DNA of 32,000 nucleotides from Mycoplasma mycoides subsp. capri (GTDB lineage Bacteria; Bacillota_I; Bacilli_A; Mycoplasmatales; Mycoplasmataceae): NCBI RefSeq assembly GCF_018389705.1, contig NZ_CP065581.1, positions 360,001 to 392,000 of the forward strand, read 5' to 3'. Shown piece by piece: positions 19,732 to 32,000 of this stretch (position 1 is its first letter; each line of letters starts with the position of its first letter). The notes under the pieces were generated by a model. It saw only the letters and a program-made list of their open reading frames with translations, ran no database searches and was not told where the DNA came from. The position numbers and the translations under genes were made by a program.

Positions 19732-21984
19732 GTGTATTTTGTAAAAAAGAAAAAGAATAAAATTCTAGTGTATGCTTTATTAGCTAGTTTAATTACTTCT
19801 TTATCATTTGGTTCAGTTATATATTATTCATTTTCAGATGCAAATATTTCATTTGAAACTTCATCAAATGGAATAACTGATGCTGAATTAACTCCAGTTA
19901 ATAATGCAACAAATGATGCTATTATTTCAAATAGAGATAATAAATTAAAACCAAGTCCTGAAAAAATTATTAAAGAATCTGAAAAACAAGAACCAAATAA
20001 ACTAATAATTCCTAAAAAAGAAGAAAAGGAAATAAAAGAAGTAGCAAAACCTGAAATAAAACCAGAAATTATAAGACCAGAAACTTTAAAACCAAAACCA
20101 AGTCCAACTAGACTAAAAACTAAAATTACAATTAATGGAGTAACAGTTGATGCTGAAATTGAAGCTCCGCCTGGTTTTGTTGTTCAACCAAATGACAAAA
20201 GAAGAAATATAGCAAATCCAACAAAACCTTATCAAAATCATATAGTTGAAAAAATACTAAGTATTGAAGTAACAAATGAGTTAAGAAATAGTGTTATTAA
20301 AGATTCACTATCTGGTGGTGAGGGTTATGATAAAGGTGCTGGATTATTTAAAAATACACTAACAAATGTTATTAGTAGAGAAATTGATGAAAATAAAGGT
20401 GATATTCATAAAGCTTTAGAAAGTCTTGAAGCAATTTCAAATCAAAATTCTAACTTTTTTAATTCAAGTATTGAACGTTATAAAAGATTATTAGATTCAG
20501 ATAAAGTAATAGAATATTTAAAACCTGATGCTAAAGTTCAATATCCTAAATTAAAAGGTGAGTTTAAAACTAAAACTCAAGAATATTTATGATTAATTCA
20601 TAATTTAGATCAATCTAAATTTACAAAAATTGCATCAACTTCAGAAAAATATTTAAAAGAAGGTTTAACAATTTCACCAAGAAGCGCATTTATTAATGAG
20701 AATGGAGAAATTGATTCTCATGGATGAGGACCTCCTGATGCATATAATAGTGTAACTTCAAGATTACAAAGAGATAATTCAACTTATAGAGTTTTTGATT
20801 ATGATCAATATTATAATAGATCATCAGATAGGATAGAAAATGGAACTTATCCTGGTTGAACTAAAACTGATGTAACTAATGAATTTACTTCTAGTTTTGG
20901 TTTTAAAAAAGGTGATGGAATCACAATTAGTAGATTAAAAAGAGATAAGCAAACTAATGTTGAAGGAAAAATTAATTCAGGTTTAGTTTTAGAATTAGAT
21001 GTTTCAAATCCTACTGCTTATCAAAAATCTAAAGAATTAATAGAAAAATTTAAATCAAATCCAGAAAAAATTACTTCTTATAGAATTAAAAATATGGGTG
21101 AAATTAGTTCTGATCAAAAATTTATAGATATTTTATCAGCACTACCTGATGAAATTCCTCAATTAGAATTATTCTTTTCAGATAAAGCAACAAATACAGC
21201 TAGTTTAATTGCTTTAGAAAATAAAAAAATTAAAGAATTATCATTATATACAAATGGAAATTCATTAAAAAATTCTTGATCATATAACCCATTAGCTTTA
21301 AGAAATACTACTTGAATAAATACAATTGATTATAATGTTAGTGCTGAATATCCAAGTAATGCAAAAATATCAACTAGAATTACTTTTAACACTTTAGCAT
21401 TTGATCAAATTGATTTTAAAGATAATAAATATGACAGAATTAATGATGGTTTAAGAATGGTTTATTATGCAAGAAATAATGAGCCATTTTTCCAAGGAGC
21501 CTATGGTCCAGGATTAAGTCCTGATCAAGCATTAGGTGATAATAGTTATCCAACTGGATTAGATTTTTCAAGAGTAAAAGGAATTAAATCATTAAAAGGA
21601 CTAAGATTTGATGATGAATATAATTCATCAAATAAACCCAGAAAAATTGCTGAATTAACATTGTTTAATGATCAAAATTATTTTGAAATCTCAGCTGATG
21701 AATTAAATGATGCAAACTTAGAACATTTATCAACTGGACAAAATAATCCAATTAAACCAAAAATTAAATTTAGTAATGGTAGTGATACTGTAAAAATAAG
21801 AATTACAGGAACTACTATAACAGACCAAGCTCGACAAAATTTAGAAAAATACTTTGAATATAGTGATAGTTTAAAGGCTAATAATAAACAAATTGAAGTA
21901 GAAAATACTAATAGTGAGCTTGCAAACAAATTAAAAGGTTGAGGTTATAATGTTAGTCAAGCCTCAAATAAACAATTTACTTAA
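19732..21984 (+). CDS. mib: MIB-family protein, copy 2, 750 aa.
   Basis: It has a GTG start after AAGGAG. Track ORFs 19732, 21094 and 21457 share the frame. I translated the joins by hand and found TGA only. The stop is TAA at 21982-21984. Confidence 0.8.
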
Positions 21985-21998
21985 AAAACTATAAATTT

Positions 21999-24563
21999 AT
22001 GAAAAAATGAAATAAATTATTAACACTACTATCTTTATCAAGTTTAGCTTTACCTTTAACTTTATTAGTTAGTTGTACTCCAGCTAATAAAAAAGCAATT
22101 ACTAAATCTATAAATGATAAAGAATTTGTCGATTTAATTAATTCAATTAAAACTGAAGATGATCTTTTAAAATATGCAGATATTAAGTTTAAAAATTCTT
22201 TAGGATCTTATATTAATAAAGCTGATGTTATTCCTACAAAATTAGAAAAAAATCAAATTGAAATTACATTTAAAGATCAATATAAAAATCAAATTGATTC
22301 TGAAGTTGTAAATGTAATTACTAATAAAAGTAATGGATTTGCAACTATAAATGAAACTACACTTTATGTTGAATTTAAAAATAATAAAACAAATAAAACT
22401 AAATCTGTTAATTTTAAAGTTACTGGATTAAATAAAAATAATACATATGATGCTTCTGGAAATGTTATAAGTAATGGATTAGATTATTTTAATGGAGAAG
22501 CTGGTTATGTTTCATATACTAAAAAAGATCAAAAACAAAGATTTGAATTTGATAATAAAAAATATGTTAAAGCATTAGAAAATCAGGTTAATAACGGTTC
22601 AACTATTGATTTAAAAACATATAGAAATTTAGATACTAAACAAGAACATAAAGAAAAATTTGATAAATTAGCAAAAGAAAATAATTTTGATAGTTATTAT
22701 AATGCTGCAATTAAGGGATTTACTTTACCTGTTTATAATGAAAAAGGTGAAGTTAGTGGGTTACAAATTAATGATGCACCTGAAGTTAATAAAGGACCTT
22801 CAGTAATTGATTCACTAGGAAGAGATCAATTTAAAACTAATGGTTTAGCTAGAACTATTCCAAATGAAGTTTATAAAACAGCCGCGATTCAAACTTATCA
22901 AGTAACTTTTAATTGATGAAAAGACTATAGTGAAGAAATAGAACAGGCTCAAGAATATATTGATTTATTTACTTCTTGAACTGAAGATCAAGTTAAAAAT
23001 TATGTCGATAGACAATTGCATCAATTAGAATTAAATTTTAAAGATGATACTAGAGAAATAGAAAAACAATTAAAAGAAACACCAAGTGATAGAGAAGGTA
23101 TTATAAAGACTTTAAATGAGCAAAAAGATAAAATAGAAGCTAAGTATAAAAAAGATTTAGATAAATTTAATAAATTAGACAAAAAAGGTCTAATTGATTG
23201 ACAGCAAAAAGAGATAGAAGAATATAAAAAGAAAAAGAATCAAACTACTTTAAGAGCATCTGAATCTGGAACTATGTGAATAATGGATTATATTGATGAA
23301 AATAATCCAACTAAGTTTTATTTTGGAACAAATTCTCACGTTGCTAAAGCAATAAAAGATAATCTAGTTTCATTTTCTTTAACTAGACTTAATTCAGATA
23401 TTAGTGTTGGTCAAACATTTAATTTAAATGGGTTTGATAAAAACTTTACTAAATTTGTTTTTGAAAAAAATGAAAATGGAACTAAATTAAATGACGCAGT
23501 TTCAGCAATTTTTCATGCAACTGATTTTATAAAAGATGATAGTAATCCACTTAAATATCTTGAACAGTCTCAAAAAGAGAAATACAAAGAAGCTGGAATA
23601 TTTGCAGATTTTGCTGTTATTGAAGTCGATTTTTCAAAACTTTTAAATAATTCAAACTACAAATATTCAATTTGAAGTGAATCTAAGGAAATATCTAATC
23701 AATATCAAAATAAAAAAGAAGATTTAATTAGCTTAATTACTAATAATTATGCTAAAAGTAATAATAAAATTCAATTTGAGTCTGAATCATTGTTAGATGA
23801 CAATAAGTATAAAACATTTGATAGAAAACTAGATTTTAATCCAAATATAGATAGTGAAGTAAAAGAATATACTGATTTAAATAGTCTTTATATTTTAGGA
23901 TATCCAATAGCAGTTGAAGATTATTATTTAGATAAATATGAAGATTATAAACAATTACAAAATAGAGAATATGATTATTCTTTATGAGTAAATAGTGAAT
24001 ATAAATATTATAAAAACCTAGTTAAAAAAGAAGGAACTCCAAGTTCATTTAAAGAATATGAAACAAACAAAGGTAACTTCTTTTCATATCAAATAGGATA
24101 TAGATCATTTATAGATAAACCTGGATTAACTGATGCTTTTTTAGCAGTTCATAGAATTGGTAAAAAATTATATACATTAGATAATAATGACAAACCTAAA
24201 AAATACTTTAATTATGGATTAGAAATATTACCAAGATTTTATGCTCCAAGTGGTGGAGCATCTGGATCTAGTGTTAGAACAAAAGATAACAAGTTATTAG
24301 CAGTATTTCACGCAGCAAATAATTCAGCAAAGACTGGATTAGCAGCTGTTTTTAGATCTCATGGTAAAGATTATAATAACTTATTTGGTAAATATAATCT
24401 AGGTCAGTATGATTTAATTTATGGTGGTGGAAAAGACCAAGTTGAAGGTAGATCATATAGAGAAGTTTTAAAACAGAAATATAAAGACAAAAACTTTAAA
24501 TCTGCTTTATTTAAAGATGGTTTTGATAAAATACCTGATCAATTTCAATTTAAAAATAACTAG
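21999..24563 (+). CDS. mip: MIP-family serine endopeptidase lipoprotein, copy 2, 854 aa.
   Basis: The ATG is at 21999 and the protein begins MKKWNKLLTLLSLSSLALPLTLLVSC, with a TGA at codon 4. The first ~300 codons contain no Met, so they are absent from the ORF track. There is a double TGA (WW) at 22914-22919. The GTNSHVA, DFAVIE and GGASGSSV boxes are present. The stop is TAG at 24561-24563. Confidence 0.8.
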
Positions 24564-24576
24564 TAATAAACTTAAT

Positions 24577-24609
24577 ATCCTTTAGATTTTTATCTAAAGG
24601 ATTTTTTTT
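24577..24609 (+). terminator. Rho-independent terminator after unit 2.
   Basis: The stem atcctttagat (24577-24587) pairs with atctaaaggat (24592-24602), followed by a T8 run. Confidence 0.75.
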
Positions 24610-24745
24610 ATATTGAATTATTTAATAAATATAACTTGTAAAAAAATATAAATTTTAATTAAAAGTTACTAAAACTATTATGTTTTTAGTAACCTTTTTA
24701 TAATGATATAATCAATATTGATATAGATTTTAAGGAGTTGAAAGT

Positions 24746-26998
24746 GTGCATTTTTTAAAGAAGAAGAAAAATAAAATTTTAACATTAGTATTAGTTGCTA
24801 GTTTAGCTACTTCTCTTTCTTTTGGTTCAGTAATTTATTATTCATTTTCTGATGCAAATATTTCATTTGATACATCATCAAATGGAATAACTGATGCTGA
24901 ATTAGCTCCAATTAATAATGCAACAAATGATGCAGTAGTTTCAAATAGAGATAATAAATTAAAACCAAGCCCTAAAGAAGAAATTAGAAAAACTGATAGT
25001 ACTGAAAAATTAGTAATACCTACTGTTAGAAAAGATGATAAAGTAACTGATGCTGCAAAACCTGAATTTAAACCAGAAATTAGAAAACCAGATAGTTCTA
25101 ATATAAAACCAAGAGTAAGTAGATCAACAAGAACCATTGTAATTAGTGGTGTTGAAGTTGAAGCTGAAGTAGAAGGCCCACCTGGATTTCATGTTCATGA
25201 AGAAGATAAAAGAAGAGGAATTTCTAATCCTAAAAAACCTTATCAAAATCAATCGGTTGGAAAAATTCTTAATGTTAAAGTAACAGATGATTTAAGAAGA
25301 GGTGTTATTAAAGAATCATTAACTGGTGGAGAAGGTTATGATAGTGGGGCTGCTTTATTTAATAACAGTTTGTTTAACGTATTTGATAAAGATTTATCTA
25401 ATACTAATGATGTAGAAAAAACTCTAGAAGAATTAGAAGCTGTTGCAAACCAGAACGCTTCAGTTTATGAAAATACTTTAGAACGTTATAAAAGATTATT
25501 AGATTCAGATAATGTTGTTAACTTTTTAAAAGAAGGTGCTAAAGAAAAATACGAAGAATTAAAACCAAAATTTAAAACAAACAAACAAAGATATATTTGA
25601 TTAATTGCAAATTTAGATAAAAATAAATTTACAAAAATTGCTTCAACTTCAGAAAAATACTTAGCACAAGGTCTAACAATTTCACCAAGAAGTGCATTTA
25701 TTAATGAAAAGGGTGAAATTGATTCAAATGGTTGAGGACCACCTAATGAATTTAATACTGTAACTTCAAGAATTCAAAATGATAATTCTAACTATAGAAC
25801 TTTTAGTTATGATACTCCATATAATAGACCATCTGATTCTATTGAAAGTGGAAATTATCCTGGATGAACTAAAAAAGATGTGACAAGTACTTATACTAAG
25901 GATTATGGTTTTGAAGAAGGAAAAGGAATCACTATTAGTGAATTAACTAGAGATAAACCAACCACTGCTAAAGATAAAATTAATAAAGGATTAGTTTTAG
26001 AAATTGATGCTTCAAAAGATTATGCATATGGTAAAACTAAAGAATTAATTAAAAAATTTAAAGAAAAAAATCAAAAAATCACTTCTTATAGAATTAAAAA
26101 TATGGGAGAAAAAGATTCAGCTCAAAACTTTATAGAAATTCTTTCTGAACTTCCAGAACATATTCCTCAATTAGAACTATTCTTTTCAGATAAAGCAACA
26201 AATACAGCTAGTTTAATCGCTTTAGAAAATAAAAAGATTGATGATTTATCATTATATACAAACGGTAATTCACTAAGAAGATCTTGATCATATAATCCAC
26301 TTGCTTTAAAAAATACAGCTTGAATTAATACAATTGATTATAATGTTAGTGCTGAATATTCTAAACATGAAACAATAAGTACTAGAATTACTTTTAACAC
26401 TTTAGCATTTGATGCAATTGACTATAAAACTGATGGAGATTATTCAAGAATTAATGATGGTTTAAGAATGGTTTATTATGCAAGAAACAATGAGCCATTT
26501 TTCCAAGGGGGATTTGGTCCTGGACTAAGTCCTGATAAATCATTAGGAGAAAATAGTTATCCAACAGGATTAGATTTTACAAGAATACCAAAAATTAGAT
26601 CACTAAGAGGATTAAGATTTGATGATGAGTATAATTCATCAAATAGATCGAGAAAAATTACAGAATTAACTTTATATAATAATAGTTCAGGATTTGATAT
26701 ATCAGTTGAAGAACTAAATAATGCAAACTTAGAACATTTATCAACAGGGGAAGGAAATCCTGAAAAACCAAAAATTTATTTCAGTAATGGTAATCAAACA
26801 ACAAGTATTAAAATAACTGGTAAAGGTACATTAAATGAATCTGGAAGATATTATCTAAGTAAATACTTTGAATATGGTGACAGTTTTAAAGGAAGACCAC
26901 ACCTAGTTGAAGTAGAATCTGGAGCTACTGAATTACAAAACCAATTAAGACAATGAGGATTTAATGTATCTGTATCTAATGGAAGAGAATTTACATAA
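24746..26998 (+). CDS. mib: MIB-family protein, copy 3, 750 aa.
   Basis: It has a GTG start after AAGGAG. Track ORFs 24746, 25880 and 26468 share the frame. The stop is TAA at 26996-26998. Confidence 0.8.
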
Positions 26999-27017
26999 TA
27001 AAAGGAAGTAATATTTT

Positions 27018-29600
27018 ATGAAACGTGTGAATAAATTATTAGTATTATTATCTTCAACAACTTTAGCATTACCCTTAACTTTATTAGTTGCTTGTACTTC
27101 AACAAAACAAGCACCAAAATCTATTGATGATGATGAGTTTTTAAAAGTAGTTGATTCTATTAAATCTGAAGAAGATCTTTTAAAATATGCTGATCTTAAG
27201 TTTAAAGATTCTAGAGGTTCTTATATTAGTAAAGAAAATGTTGTACCTAATCAGTTAGAAAAAAGCCAAATTGAAATTACTTTTAAAGATAAATATAAAG
27301 GTCAAATTAATTCAAAAATTGTAAATATAAATGTTGATAATTCTAATGGATTTGCAATTGTAAATGACGCAATAATTTTTGTAGAATTTGAAAATAACAA
27401 AACAGGTAAAAAACAGCCTATAAATTTTAAAATTACTGGATTAAATAAAAATAACACAGTTGATGCTTCTGGCAATAGACAAACTAATAGTCTTAAAGAT
27501 TTTGGTGGTGCTGAAGGATTTAAAGCATACACTGAAATGAATCAAAAAGATAGATTTAAATTTGATAATAAAAAATATGTTGAAAAATTAGAAGGTCAAA
27601 TTGGTCATGGTGAAAAACCTATTGATTTAAAATCGTATAGAGGATTAGATACAACTCAAGAAAATATTAAAAAATTTGATGAGAAGGCTAATAATAGTAA
27701 TTTTGATACGTACTATAATGCTGCAATTAAAGGTTTTACTTTACCAGTTTATGATGAAAAAGGTTCAGTAAAAGGCTTACAAATTAATGATGGTCCTGAA
27801 GTTAATAAAGGACCTTCGGTTGTTGATTCACTAGGAAGAGATCAGTTTAAAACTAATGGTTTAGCTAGAACTATACCAAATGAAACATATAAAACCGCTG
27901 CTATTCAAACATTTCAAGTAGATTTTACTGGTTGAAAAGATTATGCTGCTGAAATTGAAGAAGCTGAAGATAATATTAAATTATTCAATTCCTGAAATGA
28001 ACAACAAATTAAGAATTATCTTGATCAACAACTAAAACAATTAACGTTAAACTATGAAGATGAAACTAGACAAATAGACAAAAAACTTTCTGAAAATTCA
28101 ACTGAATATGAAACAATAATAAAAAACTTAAACGATCAAAAAAATAAATTAAAAGAAGAATACGATAAAAAATATAAAGAAATATCTGAATTAACAAAAG
28201 AGAAATTAGTTGAATGACAAACAAAAGAAATTGAAGAATATAAGAAAAAAAGTAAAGAAAATAAATACCAAACTTCTGAATCTGGAACTATGTGAATAAT
28301 GGATTATTTAAAAGAAGATAACAATAATAATCCAACAAAATTTTATTTTGGAACAAATTCACATGTTGCTAAAGCGATTAAAGATGATTTAGTTTCATTT
28401 TCTTTAACAAGAATTAATGACAATATAAAAGTAGGTCAAACATTTGACTTAAATGGATTTGATAAAAACTTTACAAAATTTTCATTTACTCCTAAAAATG
28501 GCAAAAAGATTAGTCAAGCAGTTAGCGCAATATTTCATGCAACTGATTTTATAAAACAAGATAGTAATCCTTTAAAACTACTTACAAATGGACAAGAAAA
28601 AACATATAAAGATGCAGGAATATATGCTGATTTTGCAGTTATTGAAATTGATTTTGACAAACTATTAAATGAAAGTGATTATTCTCGCTCTATTTGAAGT
28701 GAATCTAAAGATATTTCACACAATTATGAAAAAAATAAAGATAAATTAATTTCAGATATTACTAATAAATATGCAAGTAATACTGATAAGCAAGTTAAGT
28801 TTGTTTCTAACTCTTTATTAGAAAATGAAAATTATAATAAATTTGATAGACCTCTTGATTTTGATCCTAATAAACCTGAAGAAGTTAAAAAATATGAAGA
28901 ATTAGAAAGTATTTATATTTTAGGATATCCAACCGCTAATGAAGATTATTATTTAGATCAATACGAAGATCATAAACAAATAGAAAGAAAAAGATACGAT
29001 TTTTCACTATGAGTAAATAGTGAATATAAGTATTATAAAAAACTAAGCAAAAAAGAAGGAACAACTAGTTCATTTAATGAATATGAAACTAAAAAAGGAA
29101 ACTTCTTTTCATATGAAATCGGGTATAGATCATTTATTGATAAACCTGGATTAACTGATGCTTTTTTAGCTGCACATAGAGTTGGTAGAAAATTATATTC
29201 ATTACCTGTAGATAATAATGGTAAATCTAAAAAATACTTTAACTATGGTTTAGAATTTTTACCAAGATTTTATGCACCAGCTGGTGGAGCTAGTGGATCT
29301 AGTGTTAGAACAAAAGATAATAAATTATTAGCTGTATATCATGCATCTAATAATGTTGCAAAAACTGGATTAGCAGCTGCATTTAGATCAAATGGTTATG
29401 ACTATAAAGAATTGTTTGGTAAGTATAACTTAGGACAATATGATCTAATTTATGGTGGTGGAAAAGATCAAGAAAAAGATAAATCTTATAGAGAAGTATT
29501 ATTAAAGAAATATCCAGATAAGAAAAGTGCTTTGTTTGCTAGTGGATTTAAAGAAGATAATATTCCTGAAGAATTTAAATTCAAAACACAAGCCAAATAA
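27018..29600 (+). CDS. mip: MIP-family serine endopeptidase lipoprotein, copy 3, 860 aa.
   Basis: The lipobox is LTLLVAC. Track ORFs 27018, 28299 and 29412 share the frame, and I translated the joins by hand. The GTNSHVA, DFAVIE and GGASGSSV boxes are present. Confidence 0.8.
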
Positions 29601-29631
29601 ATAAATAAATATTAATAAATAAACAAATAAT

Positions 29632-29661
29632 ATCCTTTAGATAATATCTAAAGGATTTTTT
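29632..29661 (+). terminator. Rho-independent terminator after unit 3.
   Basis: The stem atcctttagat (29632-29642) pairs with atctaaaggat (29646-29656), followed by a T-run. The arms are identical to those of the unit 2 terminator. Confidence 0.75.
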
Positions 29662-29873
29662 AACTATATTTACTATTAAATGACAATTTTAAATTTATTT
29701 GTTCAAAAATAATAAAATACTTTATAATATAATAGTTAAATATGCTTTTGTGCAAATTTACTTAAAATAAAATACAAAAATAATAAAAATTGCCTATTTA
29801 CAATACCTTTAAGTGACTTTATAATTAGTCAAATTACATACAATTAATAATTCTATTTCTAGGGAGAGAAATT

Positions 29874-32000
29874 GTGTATTTTTTAAAAAAGAAAAAAAAT
29901 AAAATCTTAACAATAGCTTTAGTAGCTAGCTTAGCTGCTTCAGTTTCATTTGGTTCAGTTCTTTATTATTCATTTTCTGATAATCATATTTCTTTTGATA
30001 CATCATCAAATGGAATAACTGATGCTGAATTAGCTCCAATTAATAATGCAATTAATGATGCAATAGTTTCAAATAGAGATAATAAATTAAAACCAAGTGA
30101 AGAAAAAATCATTAAAGAAACTGAAAAGAAAATTGAAGAAAAAATAATAATACCACCTGCTAAAAAAGAAGAAAAAGTTGAAGCAGCAAAACCAATACCA
30201 AAACCAGTAGTAAGAAAGCCTGAAACAAAAATAACTTCACCAAAAATAACCAGAAGAAAACAAACTATTACAATTGCTGGAATTGAAGTTGAAGCCGAAA
30301 TTGAAGGCCCACCTGGATTTGTAACTCATCAAAGAGATAAAGACAGAAAAATATCAAATCCTACAAGACCTTATCAAAATCATTCAGTTAATAAAATTCT
30401 TAGTGTAAAAGTAACAGAAGAATTGAAAAAACAAGTTGCAAAAGATGCTTTATCTGGTGGTAATGGTTATGATGAAGGTGCAGGATTATTTAACAATAGT
30501 ATTTTTAATGTATTTAAAGAAGAATTTAATTCTGGTAAGGAATTAAATGATATTTTAAGTACTCTTGAATCAGTAGCACGTCAAAACTCTGGTGCTTTTC
30601 AAAATACTTTAGAACGTTATAAAAAATTATTAGATTCACCAAATGTTATAAATTTCTTAAAACCTGAAGCACAAAAAGAATATCCAAAACTAAAATCTAA
30701 ATTTCAAACTAAAAATCAAGAATACATTTGATTAATTGCTAATTTAGATCAATCTAAATTCACAAAAATAGCATCAACTTCAGAAAAATATTTAGAAAAA
30801 GGACTAACAATTTCTCCAAGAAGTGCATTTATCAACGAAGCTGGTGAAATTGATTCTAATGGTTGAGGACCACCAGATGAATATAATACTGTAACTTCAA
30901 GATTAAGAAGAGATAATTCTGAATATAGAGTCTTTGATTATGATGAATATTACAATAGATCATCAGATAGAATAGCAAATGGAACTTATCCAGGTTGAGT
31001 TAAAGAAGATGTTAGTGAAGCATATAGTAAAAAATATAATTTTAAAGCAAGTGATGGTATTAGATTTAGTAAATTAGAAAGAATAAATCCAAATCCAGCA
31101 AAAGGTAAACTTAACTCAGGATTAGTACTAGATTTAGATGTTTCAAATGATGAAGCTTATAGAAGATCTAAGGAATTAATAGAACAATTACAAAAAGATG
31201 GTGAGCAAATCACTTCTTATAGAATAAAAAATATGGGTGAGAAAAACTCTGATCAAGCGTTTAAAGATATACTAGCTGCACTTCCAAAAGACATTCAACA
31301 ATTAGAATTGTTCTTCTCAGATAAAGCAACAAATACAGCTAGTTTAATTGCTTTAGAAAATAAAAATATTAAAGAATTATCATTATACACTAGTGGAAAT
31401 TCATTAAAAAAAGCTTGATCATATAATCCATTAGCTTTAAGAAATACAACTTGAATCAATACAATTGATTATAATGTAAGTGCTGAATATTCTAGTTATG
31501 ACAAAATTACAACTAGAATTACTTTTAATACTTTAGCATTTGATCAAGAAGACTTTAAAAATGGCAGTTATGAAAGAATTAATGATGGATTAAGAATGGT
31601 ATATTATGCAAGAAATAATGAACCATTCTTCCAAGGTGGACACGGACCTGGATTAGAACCTGATAAAAAATTAGGACAAAATAGTTATCCAACAGGTTTA
31701 GACTTTTCAAGAGTTACAGGTATTAAATCATTAAAAGGACTAAGATTTGATGATGATTTAGATACTTCAAATGAACCAAGAAAAATTACTGAATTAACCT
31801 TATATAATAATGAATCTTACTTTGAAATTTCTTCTGATGAATTAAATGTAGCTAACTTAGAACATTTATCAACTGGAAAAGGAAATCCAGAAAAACCAAA
31901 AATTCATTTTAGTAATGGAAATAATACAACAAGCATAAAAATAACTGGAAAAACAAAATTAAACGATGAAGGAAAAAGAAATTTAGACAAATATCTAGAT
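29874..32000 (+). CDS. mib: MIB-family protein, copy 4, 3'-partial (runs off the window end).
   Basis: It has a GTG start after GGGAGAG. Track ORFs 29874 and 31233 share the frame. The same conserved blocks are present (QLELFFSDKATNTASLIALENK, MVYYARNNEPFFQG). Confidence 0.8.

Larger units (their letters stand above)
14674..32000 (+). repeat. Tandem array of four diverged ~5-kb paralogous two-gene units. Unit starts are at 14674, 19732, 24746 and 29874. The fourth unit is cut by the window end.
   Basis: The same gene pair, in the same order and with similar sizes, recurs at spacings of 5058, 5014 and 5128 bp. The proteins align along their full length, for example the N-termini M[YH]F[FVL]KKKKNKIL...SLSFGSV[IL]YYS. 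Confidence 0.9.

Noticed and set aside
14674-32000. The ~5-kb tandem repeats as a mobile element, IS array, prophage or CRISPR-like array.
   Set aside because: The units are diverged protein-coding paralogues (MIB-MIP pairs) with their own promoters and terminators. There is no transposase, no terminal inverted repeats and no short repeat-spacer structure.

Overview
This is very AT-rich DNA that only makes sense under genetic code 4 (TGA = Trp), which points to a Mollicutes (Mycoplasma-type) chromosome. The supplied standard-code ORF track therefore splits almost every real gene. I re-joined same-frame fragments by hand and checked that the joins contain TGA but no TAA or TAG.

Contents in order:
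1. 1-3775: a phase-variable Type I restriction-modification specificity (hsdS) shufflon. It has a 5'-partial hsdS on the + strand, a tyrosine recombinase on the - strand, and a start-less silent hsdS cassette on the - strand. These are tied together by a perfect ~504-bp inverted repeat and a 59-67-bp repeat present three times.
2. 3969-6176: a RecD2-type helicase.
3. 6310-10944: a sugar locus made of a DeoR repressor, a PTS EIIBC and a PfkB/FruK kinase on the - strand, plus a divergent class II ketose-bisphosphate aldolase.
4. 11124-14449: a translationally coupled AAA+ ATPase(-HTH) and cytoplasmic S8 subtilase pair. Its architecture matches the poorly understood ietAS (Gao_Iet) antiphage system. 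I consider this the best candidate for an under-described system in the window.
5. 14674-32000: four tandem, diverged ~5-kb units, the last one truncated by the window edge. Each unit encodes a membrane-anchored ~750-aa protein followed by a ~855-aa lipoprotein with a DUF31-type serine protease. This matches the known MIB-MIP immunoglobulin-binding/cleaving system of the Mycoplasma mycoides cluster.

I saw no rRNA, tRNA, CRISPR or IS element. All family assignments rest on motifs and architecture read by eye and need HMM or BLAST confirmation.
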